DNA of 64,000 nucleotides from Octopus vulgaris (GCA_951406725.2 OX597830.1:9238001-9302000), one strand, 5' to 3'. Positions 42,622 to 57,891 are shown, counted from the stretch's first letter. The notes: generated by a model from the letters alone, not told the origin. Program-made: numbers and translations.

Positions 42622-43020
42622 TCTTTTCTACTTTAGGCACAAGGCGTGAAATTTGGGGGAGTAGGATAGTCGATTTACATCGACCCCGGTGCTTCACTGA
42701 TATTTAATTAATCGACCCCGAAGAGATGAAAGTCAAAGTCGACCTTGGCGGAATTTGAACTCAGAACGTAACGACAGGCGAAATACCTATTTCTTTACTA
42801 CCCACATGGGGCTAAACACAGAGAGGACAAACAAGGACAGACACACGGATTAAGTCGATTATATCGACCCCAGTGTGTAACTGGTACTTATTTAATCGAC
42901 CCCGAAAAGATGAAAGGCAAAGTCGACCTCGGCGGAATTTGAACTCAGGACGTAACGGCAGACGAAATACCGCTAAGCATTTCGTCCGGCGTGCTAACGT
43001 ATCTGCCAGCTCGCCGCCTT
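42622..43020 (-). mobile_element. SINE family A dimer (a + strand copy lies at ~42320-42530)
   Basis: Two tandem units with GAAATACCTATTTCTTT junction. Confidence 0.9.
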
Positions 43021-43044
43021 AGTAATGATAATGATAATTATTAT

Positions 43045-43545
43045 TTTTTCCTATATCACAGGTTTTGTTGGAGCTCCTGGAATCGTGCGGGCTTACTACC
43101 TGCAGCCTACAGTACCATGCTATCCATTCTTTCCAGCTTTCTAATACTTTCCTGATTATTCTGCCCGTGCAAAGGAGGCAAGCCTTTTGTAACAGTTCTA
43201 CCAAGCACTCTATTCCAGTTTCCATTATATTCTTCTTGATGCCTTCTGATACTGTTCCCAAGAACCCAACAATAATTGGCACTGCCTTCACCTTCTTCAT
43301 TTTCCATAGCTTGGCTATTTCCTTCTTCAGAGGGTTCTATCTATCTATCTTTTTGCCTTCCTTCTTGACTATTCGTGGGTCAAGGAGGGATACAACGTCA
43401 ACTACATAGCATATATGGTGCACCTTGTCCATCACCACTAGGTCCGGTCTGTTATACTCTAGCACCTTGTCTGTTTGGATTGGGAAATCCCAGAGGATTT
43501 TGCTAGTCTCCGAATCTGCCACTCTCTGCGGTTTGTGCCCATACC
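43045..43545 (-). mobile_element. 3' end of an R4/Dong-like non-LTR element (restriction-like endonuclease)
   Basis: KILWDFPIQTD...NRPDLVV...VVDV...KKIDR and VPIIVGFLG...LLQKACLL...IIRKVL; ends in (AAT)n-like sequence. Confidence 0.85.
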
Positions 43546-43944
43546 ACGTCTCTCTCTAGCTCCCATCAACTTTTTTAAGTTGAAAAGGAAGTTGAGGGTG
43601 AAGAGGGAAGTGTTGCCTTGTAGCAAGTTTGTTTAAAAGTGGATGAATGTTGGAAGAATGGCTAGTTTGAAAGGACCAATTCTGAGCGTGCACCTGTAAA
43701 CAAAAGGAGAAGGACTCTTGCTCTGTTGTTCAAGCAACAGTGGTTTTTGTGGGTTTTCCCACGAGGTCCTTAAAGCGCCTCCCCTATTGGGTGTTTTAAA
43801 TTGTTTGATTCTTAATCGTTATTTATATTGTTTACACGTTGTAAAACCCATTGTATCGTCCTGTTTTTGTCTTTTATGTTGTTCTATGTGTTTTAATGTA
43901 ATTTATGTGAGCCCCTTATAAATCAAGATAGACAGCACATGACC

Positions 43945-44305
43945 TTGCAGAATTTTCTTCAGGCCGAGTAGACCATCCCACTCAAAAGGTCCCTGAATAA
44001 GGTTTGTTTAAGGATGTTGAACAAAACACCCATGTTTCCAGAGGTGAATTATCCAAACCAAAAAGAATTCCTCTCACTCCCCCACTAGTTCCTCACGTGA
44101 TCAGAGATGCACATATCGTCAGCCACCAAGGAACATGCTCAACTGGTTAAGGTCAAACAACTGACAAGCAAATCTGTGGTATTGAGCAGAATATTTGCTG
44201 TAGTCCATCTTTTAATACCAAGACAGAACAATGTACATAATAACACTTCCAATCAGTTAAGATCAGAAGCCACGAGACCCACTGCCTGGTACTGCATCAG
44301 GGCAA
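43945..44305 (+). mobile_element. Probable retroposon 3' end with (ATT)n tail
   Basis: Unique-looking block ending ...GCCTGGTACTGCATCAGGGC, directly followed by (ATT)n. Confidence 0.4.
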
Positions 44306-44344
44306 TTATTATTATTATTATTATTATCATTATTATTATTATTA

Positions 44345-44417
<73 letters not shown>

Positions 44418-44566
44418 GCTGGAGCACCGCTTTCGGTCGAATAAATCGACCCCAGGACTTATTCTTTGTAAGCCTTGTACTTATTCTATCGGTCTCTTTT
44501 GCCGAACCGCTCAGTTACGGGGACGTAAACATACCAACATCGGTCGTGAAGGTGGGAGTACAAACG

Positions 44567-44607
<41 letters not shown>

Positions 44608-44712
44608 ACACCCACACACAAACAAACACACACATATACATATAGACATGTTTACACAGACATATTTATATATCTACATATCTATATATTTATATGTGTC
44701 TGTGTATATATA

Positions 44713-44764
<52 letters not shown>

Positions 44765-44827
44765 AGGGGAGGAAGATAATGTGTATACGTATATATGTAT
44801 GTGTGTGTATATATATATACACACATT

Positions 44828-44873
<46 letters not shown>

Positions 44874-45868
44874 CATACCTATCTATGTGTCTATTTGTTA
44901 TCTATCTACCTATTGCTCAGTCTCTCATTCTCTCTCACTTCCTTTCTCTCTCCCCCACACTCTCGCTCCACACTCACTCACACACACAAACACACTCATA
45001 CATACACACTTAGGTGTTGACTTAACAGACTCGTTAGGGCGTCGGAAATCCGGCTCAGTACCTTGTGACTTCATAGATGCTCACTGATACGCCTACGCTC
45101 ACTTCAGAGAATTTGAGTGACTGTGTGGTCAAAATGAACTTCGCTTCCTAACCATGAGGACCAACGTTCGATATAAGTGCACCCCACTTTGGGCATTTTT
45201 CTTTATCATGACTATGGTAGACCCCAAACTTTTCAGTGATATTCAGTAAACCGAAACCTTGTAACAGACTTTCGGGTGGACTGTACCCGTAATTGAAAGG
45301 CCCAGCCTTAGCTTTCTCATGTTACTTAAAGATTTGTGGACCTGAAAAAACACGATCAGCTTCTCGGACATATGGATGTATATGCATACATATGCACACA
45401 CACACACACGCGCGCGCGCATATATATCTTTTATCTTTTAACTTTTACTTGTTTCAGGCATTAAACTGTGGCCATACTGGGGCACCGCCTTGAAGAATTT
45501 ATAGTAGAATGTATCGACCCCAGTACATTTTTAAAACCCTAGTACTTACTCTATCGGTTTTTTTATATCGAACTGCTAAGTTACGGGGACATAAACACAC
45601 CAACACCAATTGGAATACGAATGGAATAAGCAGAGCAAGAGCACACACGAAGACGGAAAGTGTCGCTGATAAATTCACAGATGTGTGAGGAAAGATTTCC
45701 GGACAATGGTCATGGGTTAGAATAAGAACAGTAATAAACGAGTCAAGAGCGAATATACAGTGCGTGTGTTTATTTGGCAAAAGAAAAAGACTGCCCCGAA
45801 ATACAACAATATCTGTTTCAATACACGACTTCACATCAGTAATCTGGTAACACAAATTCATAAATGTG

Positions 45869-45931
<63 letters not shown>

Positions 45932-46255
45932 GAATAAAAATAAATAAATAAAAATAAATAAATATATATATATATTTGTATGTGTGTGTGTATGTGTGTG
46001 TGTATCTATTCAACTATCTATCTATCAAACACACACACACACGCACACACATATTCTTGCTCTTGTCGTTAATGTCTTTGTCATCAATAAACTCTGTAAA
46101 TTCACTGAACGAATAATCTTCAGCCGTTTAAAATATAACTGTAACCTTGCGGTTCGGCAAAGGATATCGATATGACACTTTAACATTATACTGGGGTCGA
46201 TACATTCGACTATAAATTCTTTAAGGCGGTGCCCCAGGAGAACAAACACATACAT

Positions 46256-46295
<40 letters not shown>

Positions 46296-46500
46296 TCGAC
46301 ATGCTTCTTTAAGTTTCCGTCTAACAATCCACTCACAAATCTTTGGTTGGCTTGAGGCTTTATTAGAAGATACTTGCCAAAAGTGCCACGAAGTAGGACT
46401 GAACCCGGAACCATGTGGTTGACAAGCAAGCTTCTTACCGCACAGCCATATAAGCGTATTAATAAACAGTAAATAACGTATGCATATATATATACACACA

Positions 46501-46743
46501 TATAAGACGAATGACCACTAGGTGTATTCCTAATATGCCAAAGATAGACGGCATATGAAAACCCTTTTTCTTAGTGGTCAGACCATGTAGCGTCTACCAT
46601 TAGCATATTAGGTATCCACCTAGTGGTTATTCCACTTATACCTATGTAATATAATTTTCTGAATCTTCATTTTTTTTCAATATGCCAGGCCACTGGTTTA
46701 AATTTATATTAATCTAATTACTAGCAATTTGTACCCTATCATT

Positions 46744-46746
<3 letters not shown>
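46501..46746 (+). mobile_element. Fold-back element with ~57 bp diverged arms plus tail
   Basis: Arms ~46501-46557 and ~46583-46640; tail contains AATATGCCAGGCCACTGGT...AATTTGTACCCT. Confidence 0.7.
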
Positions 46747-46803
<57 letters not shown>

Positions 46804-47007
46804 TACACCCCCCACATCCACCCCTCATATATATATATTATATATATATATAAAATGAGATAGGGGTTGTAAATTCAACCCTCCATTAGACATTTTAATG
46901 TCTAATCTCATTGCTATTGTGTAGTGTTTTAATAAAGTATGTGATTGGGTATTATCTGATAGTTGATGATTGATTTAGATATATTTCTCCATTTTCTCAT
47001 TTTGTAC

Positions 47008-47055
<48 letters not shown>

Positions 47056-47152
47056 GCAATAATCACGGAATGCAAAACAAAGTGGAAAAAATAGTACTCG
47101 AATACTTGAGGTAGAGTAATATGCTTTATTAAAGCGCAGCAAAAATATCACA

Positions 47153-47197
47153 AAAACTGTTGCTCAGAGTTTCACGTTCCCGCCGTCGGACAGTTTT
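47153..47197 (-). ncRNA. Degenerate second copy of the CCGACGA hammerhead family (island ~47053-47200)
   Basis: AAAACUGU-CCGACG-GCG(GGAA)CGU-GAAAC-UCUGA-GCA-ACAGUUUU; A9 missing and cleavage triplet mutated. Confidence 0.6.
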
Positions 47198-47394
47198 GAT
47201 AATATATATATATACATATATATATAAAATTAGAAAAAAAACCCCACCTTTTATCAATTCAAAATAAACAATTAAATTACACCATCTAGAAAATTACATA
47301 TAATAGAAATATTAAAATTAAAATAGCAATAAAGTGTCAATGATTAAGTAAATTGCAAAAAAAAATATAATAAAAACGTATATAATTTGTAGAA

Positions 47395-47483
47395 TAACGA
47401 CACGTGTTTCATGGCTATATTTAAGAAATGATTATAGTAGTAGAGAAATCACTTCGATATAAATATAGTCACTCATCAGGTTA
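47395..47483 (-). ncRNA. Type I hammerhead ribozyme, canonical core, long stem II
   Basis: UAAC-CUGAUGA-GUGACUAUAUUUA...UAAAUAUAGCCAU-GAAAC-ACGU-GUC^GUUA, with inner helix GAAGUGAUU/AAUCAUUUC. Confidence 0.85.
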
Positions 47484-47525
47484 AAAATTAAGTAGAGCAA
47501 TAAAACAATTAATCAATAAATACAC

Positions 47526-47575
<50 letters not shown>

Positions 47576-48092
47576 ATACTAAATATATATAAGTGAAAAC
47601 TAAAACAATAAAACAATACTTAAATTATTAAATACTTTAAAATTAAATAAAATACACAAAGATAGTACAAGTCATTAAATTGTTATCAAAATAAGAAATG
47701 GTTCAAATATGGACAAACTCCTTAAATAAGCTAACCATATAATAAATATACATGTGTAGTATCTATAGATTTAATATAACAACCTATAACAAAGTTTGGA
47801 TTTTGTTGCCTCAAATAATAATTATATATATATATATATATACATATATAATGGCGAAGTAAATATATAAATTTATATGAATAAGGATAAGATCGTCCTG
47901 GAGTCGATTTGTTCGACTAAAGGCAGTGCTCCAGCATGGTCATAGTCAAATGACTGAAGCAAGTAAAAGAATAACAGAATAAAGGAATATGTGTGTGTGT
48001 GAGAGAACGTTTGTGTGAACATTTAATGTGGTTTTAGAGTCAGGTTTTGGCTGCTGTGTCTAGCATAGTGTCATTTCTTAGATAACCTTAAT

Positions 48093-48132
<40 letters not shown>

Positions 48133-49016
48133 TACAGGATATCACCAACGGTACAAATAATATGAAATACGTAAACAACAACAACACACACACACACACA
48201 CACACGCACACACATACATATTCATGCATGCATACATGCATATACAGATATCTATATATATATGCATAAATATGTTCGTAACTATGTATGTATGTCTCTA
48301 TCTGTCTGTCTCTCTGTCTCCCTCTCTATCCATCTATCCATTCGTCCGTCTGTCTATGTATAATTACGAACTGGTACTCCGTCGGTTTCGACGACGAGTG
48401 TTCTAGATGATCCGATCAACAGATGACATTGCTCATGATTTTAACGTGTGAGTGTTTGGGTATTCCTTAGACACGACATATCCTCAACATAGTTCTCGGG
48501 GAGATTCAACTTGACACAGAATGGCTGGCCCTGTTGAATTACAAGCAAAACACATTTTCCTCAGCTAAGTGGAGTGAAGTAACGTGAAAAGCGCCTCGCT
48601 CAAGGACACGAGGCGCCGCCGGAATTCGAACTCACAACCTTACGATCATGAGCCGAATACCCTAATCATTAAACCACAAACACTCACACATACACATACA
48701 CATATGTATACACAACCATCGCCATCCCCAACAGCGTCACCTCTTCACACCCCACTGTGCCACTTACCATTACTACCTACCACTTCATGTCTTACTGTGT
48801 TTCTCCCCATCACCACCACCATTACCACCACTACCACCACCACCACCTCCAACAAAAACGCTACCACTACCACCACGGCCATCACCATCACCTGCTTCCC
48901 CCCACTTTACGCCACACTGTGCCACTCAACACTACTTTTTATATAATTAACGCCAGTTGTAAGAACTGTCCTTTTTTACTCATAGCGTTGCCTTCAATGT
49001 GTGTGTGTGTGTGTTT

Positions 49017-49055
<39 letters not shown>

Positions 49056-49540
49056 TGTGTGTATGTGTGTGTGTGTGTGTGATGTCAGTGTGTGTAGGCG
49101 TGTCTGTTCCCTTGTGCCAGTTTGCTTATAGGTATCTCTTATTCAGTGTGTGTGTGTGTGTCTTATTCACAGTGTGTATGTGTGTGTGCGTGTATGTGTG
49201 TGTGTGTGTGTGTCTGTGTCTGTATCTGAAAAATGTTCTACATTCATATTCATAAACATACAACTGAGGGAAGCAGACTACCTGGCTATTCCTGTTACAC
49301 ATAGTCACACACACACACACACACACACACGTACACACACACACGTACACACACACACGTATACACACACACACGTACACACACACACTGAAGCATATGG
49401 ATTCACAGACGCACACGGATACGCACACTTATAAAGGCACACAAACATCCACAGTAATACGAATAAATAGAAACACACACATACACACATTTACACGTAT
49501 TTGTATATCTATACACATACGTTAACATACATATGTATAT

Positions 49541-49581
<41 letters not shown>

Positions 49582-50096
49582 CTCTCTCTCTCACACACAT
49601 ATTCTTTTATTCTGTTATTCTTTTACTTGTTTCAGTCATTTGACTGCGGCCATGCTGGAGTACTGCCTTTCAGTCGAACAAATCGACTCCAGGACTTATT
49701 CTTTGTAAGCTTAGCACTTATTCTGTCGGTCTCATTTGCCGAACCGCTAAGTTACGGGGTCGTAAACACACCAACATCGGTTGTCAAGCGATGGTGGACA
49801 CACCCCCACACACATACACACACGCATACGACGGACTTCTTTCAGGTTCCGTCTACCAAACCCACTCACAGGGTTTCATTCGGCCCGAGGCTATGGTAGA
49901 AAACAACTTGCGCAAGGGGCCACACAGTAGGACTGAACCCAGAACCATGTGGGCTGAAAGTAAACATCTTGCCACTCAGCCACTCCTTCGACTCTGTATA
50001 AACACTCACAAACACGCACATGCACCCCCCATACACACACACACACACGCATACACACACACACGCATACATACACATGTAAACGTATATATAAAT

Positions 50097-50152
<56 letters not shown>

Positions 50153-50155
<3 letters not shown>

Positions 50156-50500
50156 AAATGAGAAAATGGAGAAATATATCTAAATCAATCATCAACCATC
50201 AGATAATACCGAATCATATACTTTATTAAAACACTACACAATAGCAATGATATTATACATTAATACAGTACAATAATTACAATAAATATGGTGAGATAAA
50301 ACTAAATAAATATAACAAGACATAAAAATACATTTACATTGTAGCTGACAGCTGTTTCGGCTATGAAGACAGGTATGTCTCATTTAACCTATTAGCCATA
50401 TAATGCAGTTATAAATGAGACATTAACAAGAATATCTTACGGCCTCTTCAGAGATTCTAATGCAAGTATTAGTACAAACCCTAAATAATTTACATATAAA
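50153..50500 (-). mobile_element. PLE-like 3' terminus; its last ~100 bp recur at 46909-47007 (+)
   Basis: 50153-50250 is a close reverse complement of 46909-47007. Carries the 50343-50456 hammerhead and abuts (TA)n. Confidence 0.7.
50343..50456 (-). ncRNA. Type I hammerhead with ~85 nt stem II insertion
   Basis: AUCU-CUGAAGA-GGCCGUAAGA...AUGUCUCAUUUA/UAAAUGAGACAU...UCUUCAUAGCC-GAAAC-AGCU-GUC^AGCU; stem I has one mismatch. Confidence 0.7.
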
Positions 50501-51034
50501 TATAAATATGAGTGCATACACACTCATATTCTTACATATATATATATATACACAATAATACAATATAAACAATATAAATCAATATACATCAACAAACACA
50601 ATAATGTTCCATATTGAACTCCACAGCTCCTCAACCAACATCAAGAAACCACAACAGACACACTCACACTCAACGCAGGCATATATATTAAACAGTTCAA
50701 TATATTAAAATGTGTCACTTCACAAAAAGCCAATAAAGTTAATACCACCACCTTAGTACCATCCAAGGCAAGTGGATATCTGCATATATATGCAATCATT
50801 TAAATTCCTCTGTTTGCATGGTATTAATTTTCACAGATGCATTCGATTGGCCTATACTTTTAAATTTGAATTACAATAGATATATTACGGTTAGTTAGCT
50901 AGGAAACATACACACGCGCACGCACATCCACAAAACGTGCGCACATACAGACATAGTCATATGTTTACACACACACACATACCCACACACATACACACAT
51001 ACACACCGACATACCCACATACACAACCAAATCA

Positions 51035-51065
<31 letters not shown>

Positions 51066-51071
51066 CATAAC

Positions 51072-51486
51072 TCTTACTCTTTACTCTTTTACTTGTTTCA
51101 GTCATTTGACTGCGGCCATGCTGGAGCACCGCCTTTAATCGAGCAACTCGACCCCGGGACTTATTCTTTTTGTAAGCCCAGTACTTATTCTATCGGTCTC
51201 TTTTGCCGAACCGCTAAGTAACAGGGACATAAACACACCAGCATCGGTTGTCAAGCAATGCTAGAGGGACAAACACAGACACACAAACACACACACATAC
51301 ATATACATATATATACATATATACGACAGGCTTCTTTCAGTTTCCGTCTACCAAATCCACTCACAAGGCTTTGGTCGGCCCGAGGCTATAGCAGAAGACA
51401 CTCGCCCAAGGTGCCACGCAGTGGGACTGAACCCGGAACCATGTGGGTGGTAGACAAGCTACTTACCACACAGCCACTCCTGCGCC
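51072..51486 (-). mobile_element. SINE family B, full length
   Basis: Near-identical reverse complement of 56554-56960. Further copies or parts at ~6168-6495, 13677-15420 (split), 19340-19700, 21290-21960 (split), 26110-26300, 44417-44560, 45430-46450, 49610-49990, 57440-58020. Confidence 0.9.
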
Positions 51487-51839
51487 TATTAAGAGGTACT
51501 ATCTCAACTATACACCAAGTGTTTACAAACAGATCCACTCACATATGTCCATAAATCCGTAAATGCAATCATACTTATAATTATACCTAGATGGAGAGTG
51601 TAATTTTTCATAAGGTACATAATTCATGTGACACCGTATTTTTCGTAAACAAAATATTTTAGAACTAAAAATGTCCGCATCTTTACCGCTATGTTTCATT
51701 CAAACATTTACTAAATTATAAAATATAGAACACCCGTTTATGTTTGTCTATCAAAAGACATAAAAATACATATATACTAAGTTAACAGAGGTTTATAATA
51801 ATTAAATTATAAGAAATTAATTGTAATGATATTTTAGAC

Positions 51840-52059
51840 TATAGCAATCACTCGACTATCGCGGTTGTTACGTTCCCAAAACCCCCGCGATAGGTGAAAA
51901 TCCACGAATTAGAAACAGTTTTGTACTGTATATTTTCTATTATTATTTTACTAATTTGTATATATTTATTTTATTATGAGTGCAACACAACCCCACAGAA
52001 GGGTTGTGTTGCATTCATAACCGCGAATGGTGAACGGCGATATGGCAAGGGGTTATAGT
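51840..52059. mobile_element. pogo/Tigger-like MITE with internal hairpin
   Basis: Degenerate TIRs (TAGCAATCACTCGACTATCGCGGTT / AACGGCGATATGGCAAGGGGTTATAG); 20 bp stem hairpin at ~51974-52020. Confidence 0.55.
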
Positions 52060-52412
52060 AAGGGTATATGTCAGTTAGTCAACTGATGTGTTGAGCAAAG
52101 TACCGACAGGATTTGGGCTACCTGGTGTTATCCGTAGTTTGGGTATATTTCCGTTGGATCTACTTCAGGAATTGCGTAGTGTTAGTTGAGGTAATTAAGG
52201 ACACAAAGAGTATTAATCTTTATTGTGTTCGACGTTCGTTTCCACCCACTCTGCTACTGTCCTTTATGGGTCGGATTCTATGGATCATGTTGCGTTGCAT
52301 AATCTGGGTTATATCAGGTACATTCATACATAACATCCCTAACTGAACCGGGCAAATAACAACATGGCTGACCAAACTCAAAGTTTTTAGCGAGATATCA
52401 CTTTAACCGATT

Positions 52413-52602
<190 letters not shown>

Positions 52603-52621
52603 CATATATATATATATATAT

Positions 52622-53527
52622 TTATCTAGTTTAAGCTCACAAGCTGTGGCCATGCTGGGGCACCGCTATTTGGTGTTGCTACATGATTCTACTTCACGAA
52701 TGCTTTTTAGCAATTGCCATTTGGTGCATGAGAGAGTTTGATGCAGCTGCCCTCATCTGCCGTGAAGTTGGTTCATCTGAGACACCTGACAAGAAGAGAT
52801 CCAATTTTAATTTAAAGACATCTGCATCCACCCCATGCAAGTCTCTTAGGTTCTTCGGAGGATATTTGGAGTCCTTGGCACTATGCAGTGGCGCCCAGTT
52901 CTGGCATTTGTGTAATTCTCGATGCCAAAGTTTGGGACAAGTCCTTCTAGGATCTTTCAGATGTATATTACGGCATATCTTTCTCGCCTACGCTCTAAGG
53001 AATAGAGTCTCAATCTCTTGAGTCTTTCCCAATAGCTTATATGCTGCACAGAGGCTATCTTCTTCGTGTAGCTTCGTTGGATCGCCTCAAGTTCCGTGAT
53101 TAACTTCACACTGGATGGTGACCATAGCTGAGAGCAATAGTTAAAGTGGCTTAGGACAAGTGTCCTCCAGAGGACCATCATGGTTTCCTGGTCTCTTGTT
53201 CTAAAGGTTCTAAGAATCCATCCGGTCAGCCGCCTACATTTCATTGCGAATTTAGCAACATGCACGTGAAAAGTTGCATAATCATTCATGTAAATACCCA
53301 GGTCTCGCACTGACTGTGCCTCTGGGATTGCAATCCCTCCAGGTCCGGTGTATTTATTGGGTATTGCATTTAGTTTTGCATGCTGATAGCATAAAGCTTG
53401 AAACTTTTTCAGCATTGAACTGCATGCTATTCTTTTCAGCCCACTTATATATTTTGTCCAGCTCACATTGCAGGTGCTTAGTGTCTTCAGGGTTCTGTAT
53501 TGCCTGTGAAACTTTTGTATCATCTGT
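52622..53527 (-). mobile_element. 5'-truncated CR1-group LINE (RT C-terminus plus 3' UTR)
   Basis: ORF 52957-53523 VRDLGIY...WILRTF...YCSQLWSP...LEAIQR...YWERLKRLRLYSLERRRER; (TA)n on both sides. Confidence 0.9.
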
Positions 53528-53571
53528 ATATATATATATATAAATATATATATTTATATATATATATATAC

Positions 53572-53632
<61 letters not shown>

Positions 53633-53652
53633 GTGTGTGTGTGTGTTTGTGT

Positions 53653-53890
53653 GCGTGGCTTAGTGGTTAGGGTGTCAGCACCATGATTGTAAGATTGTGG
53701 TTTCGATTCTTGGACCGGGCGACGCGTTGTGTCCTTTAGCAAAACACTTTATTTCACGTTGCTCCAGCCCACGCAGCTGGCAAAGATGAGTAATGCTGCC
53801 ATGGACTGGCGTCTCGTCCAGCTGGGGAACACATACGCCATAGAAACCGGGAAACCGGGCCCATGAGCCTAGCTAGGCTTTAAAAGGGCG
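53653..53890 (+). mobile_element. SINE family C, alternative tail (copy also at ~56977-57213)
   Basis: Same head and central domain, tail GATGGACTGGCGTCCCGTCC...AAGGGCG. A third tail type occurs at ~10560-10856, 35905-36200 and 48368-48680. Confidence 0.85.
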
Positions 53891-53906
53891 TAATTTTTCT
53901 TTATTT

Positions 53907-53968
<62 letters not shown>

Positions 53969-54228
53969 CTCACACACACACACATACACACACACACATA
54001 TATATGGATCAAAACAGTTTGATTCAAATTCGTTGGCACTCTTGATTTTCAAGCATGATGCTAATCGTCAGCCATTTTAAATTTGAATAACAGAAGTTGA
54101 TTATTATTGCTGTAAGGTGGGCTGCGATTAGTAGGGGAAGGTCACGCGGAAGTGTCCTTTGATAAATATTGGTATAAATGCATATGTATTATATATATGC
54201 ATATATCATATATATATATATATATATT

Positions 54229-54284
<56 letters not shown>

Positions 54285-54492
54285 AAGAAGGAGAAAAAGA
54301 GAGCAGGAGAGTGATGAAATCTCTCTATCTCTATCTATATACATATATCCTAGTCAAATATATGCCGTGTGAGAACGGCAACACGATCAAGTACTTCGAA
54401 GTCTCTATCACAGAGTATGACTCTACAGTTGTGGCGGGCCTCTTTGTTTAGTTAATATTTACTCTTGTTACATATTTAGAAAAAATCTCAAC

Positions 54493-55017
<525 letters not shown>

Positions 55018-55151
55018 AGCTGTATTCGTTTCCTCTCTCTTTGTCACTTTCCCTTTCTAATCGGAACAAACAAATCTTGTTTAAAATAATTTTAATGTAA
55101 GGAAGATCCATTTCAATGATGTTGTTTGTCACTCGTACTTGTATGTGTGTG

Positions 55152-55190
<39 letters not shown>

Positions 55191-55287
55191 CATCGGTACA
55201 CACATACATGTACATATTTATGTGTGTGTTGTTTGTGTATGCAAATGCATGCAAACAAACATAATTGCAGATGTATGTATGTATATG

Positions 55288-55352
<65 letters not shown>

Positions 55353-55536
55353 ATATTTATATACATACATATATATATGCATATATGCACACATATAATA
55401 TCCACTTACAAACAGTTAAGAAAAATTTACGAACATCTCCACGCATTTTTATGCAGGCGTATATAACATATACATGTGTGTATACACACACATACACACA
55501 AACATATATATAGGTACACGCACACGCACATATCTA

Positions 55537-55582
<46 letters not shown>

Positions 55583-56553
55583 TATGCATATATACATATA
55601 CACATTCCGATATGCATATATGCATGTAAACGTAGCGATATGCATACAGACACACACACACACACACGCATTCACATATATACACACATATATAAATCTA
55701 CGCAAAGATAAGGATTATACACACTTACATACTCACACACACGCACACATACACACATATATAGATACATGCAAACAATACACAGACACACAGATCTATA
55801 CGGAAACACACACGCACACACACACACACACAAACACAGACACGCTCATATATACGTATACTGACACTTAGCCGCATACACACTACCGTACATTATCTGG
55901 AATATGCTCTCGCTGGTCGTTCCCAGCGCTATTTGCGGCTAAATCCTTTATCTAAAAACTAAAACAAACGATCAGCTTCTTAACATGTTTGACCCTGTCT
56001 GTTTTATCGCCAGCTTTAATCTATTTTCTTCCTAGCCCCAATGTAAATAAGCAAAGAATTAGTGCTAAGTGTATCGTTACAACAAAATCTCTTGTCTCCA
56101 AAAACTTTGCAGTTCTTGCATTTTCCCACACATCGTTTCATTTTTGGGAACGAGTTGAGTGTCATCTTTCAGGACTCCCCATAGAAAACATCAACATCAA
56201 CAACGACAACAACAACATCAACATTTTGAGTAATAATAATAATAATAACAACAATGACAATAATAGCAGTGATAACAATATCGAGAAAACCCCTTAAGAT
56301 TATGTAAAAATGTTGTTAATTATAAATATAAAATTATGGGTTACAAGTTAACAGTGTGGTTATTTACGGCTTTAGTTTGCTAAATATAATTACATTAAAA
56401 TTCTGTTCTTGTCTTTCAAAATCGGTTCCGGTGTGTGAAATAAATTGAACAAAATGGTTTGGCTTCCTTTAACTACCATTTGCAAGTGTATGGATTATAA
56501 GTACACACACATACACATCCATCCATCCAATCATCCATACAAATATATATATA

Positions 56554-56960
56554 GGCGCAGGAGTGGCTGTGTGGTAAGTAGCTTGTTTACCAGCCACATG
56601 GTTCCGGGTTCAGTCCCACTGTGTGTCACCTTGGGCAAGTGTCTTCTACTATAGCCTCGGGCCAACCAAAGCCTTGTGAGTGGATTTGGTAGACGGAAAC
56701 TGAAAGAAGCCCGTCGTATATATGTATATATATATGTGTGTGTGTGTTTGTGTGTCTGTGTTTGTCCCCTTAGCATTGCTTGACAACCGATGCTGGTGTG
56801 TTTATGTCCCCGTTACTTAGCGGTTCGGCAAAAGAGACCGATAGAATAAGTACTGGGCTTACAAAAGAATAAGTCTCGGGGTCGAGTTGCTCGATTAAAG
56901 GCGGTGCTCCAGCATGGCCGCAGTCAAATGACTGAAACAAGTAAAAGAGTAAAAGAGTAA
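56554..56960 (+). mobile_element. SINE family B (tRNA-like head, CORE-like CACCTTGGGCAAGTGTCTT, internal TA/TG microsatellite), full length
   Basis: A-box TGGCTGTGTGG, B-box GGTTCAGTCCC, tail GGCGGTGCTCCAGCATGGCCGCAG...(GTAAAAGA)n. Confidence 0.9.
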
Positions 56961-57800
56961 TATATATATACGCGTGGAGGCGCGTGGATTAGTGTGTAAG
57001 CATCATGATCGTAAGACTGGTTTCGATTCCTGGACCGGGCGACGCATTGTGTTCTTGAGCAAAACACTTCATTTCACGTTGCTCCAGTCCACTCAGCTGG
57101 CAAAAATGAGTAACGCTGCGATGGACTGGCGTCCCGTCCGGCTGGGGAAACACATACGCCATTGAAACCGGGAAACCGGGCCCATGAGCCTGGCTAAGCT
57201 TTAACAAGGGCGCATTTATTTTATTTATATATATGCATGTATAAATGGATGTGTAACTTTTTATCATATCGCTCCGAGTTCAGTTCCGCTGCGAGGCTAT
57301 TCGGGCAAGTATCTCCAACAATAGCCACGAGCCTACAAAACACATGTGAATGGATTTAGTTGATGCAGACTGAAATCGGCCTGATAAATGTTTGCACGCG
57401 CGCGCGTGCGCGCGTGTGTGTGTGTTTGCGAGTACTTATAGGTGCCGGAGGGGCTGTGTGGTAAGTAGCTTGCTTACCAACCACATGGTTCCGGGTTCAG
57501 TCCCACTGCGTGGCACCTTAGGCAAGTCTCTTCTACTATAGCCTCGGGCCGGCCAAAGCCTTGTAAGTATATGTATGTATATATATGAGTGTGTCTGTGT
57601 TTGTGTCGTGTCTGTCATTGTCCTCCGATCATTGCTTGACAACCGATGCTGGTATGTTTACGACCCCGTAACATAGCGGTTCGGCAAAAGAACCGATAGA
57701 ATAAGTACTAGGGTTACGAGGAATGTCCTGGTGTCGATTTGTTCGTCTAAACCCTTCAAGGCGGTTCCCCAGAATTACAATAGCCCAATGAATGAAACAA

Positions 57801-57891
<91 letters not shown>

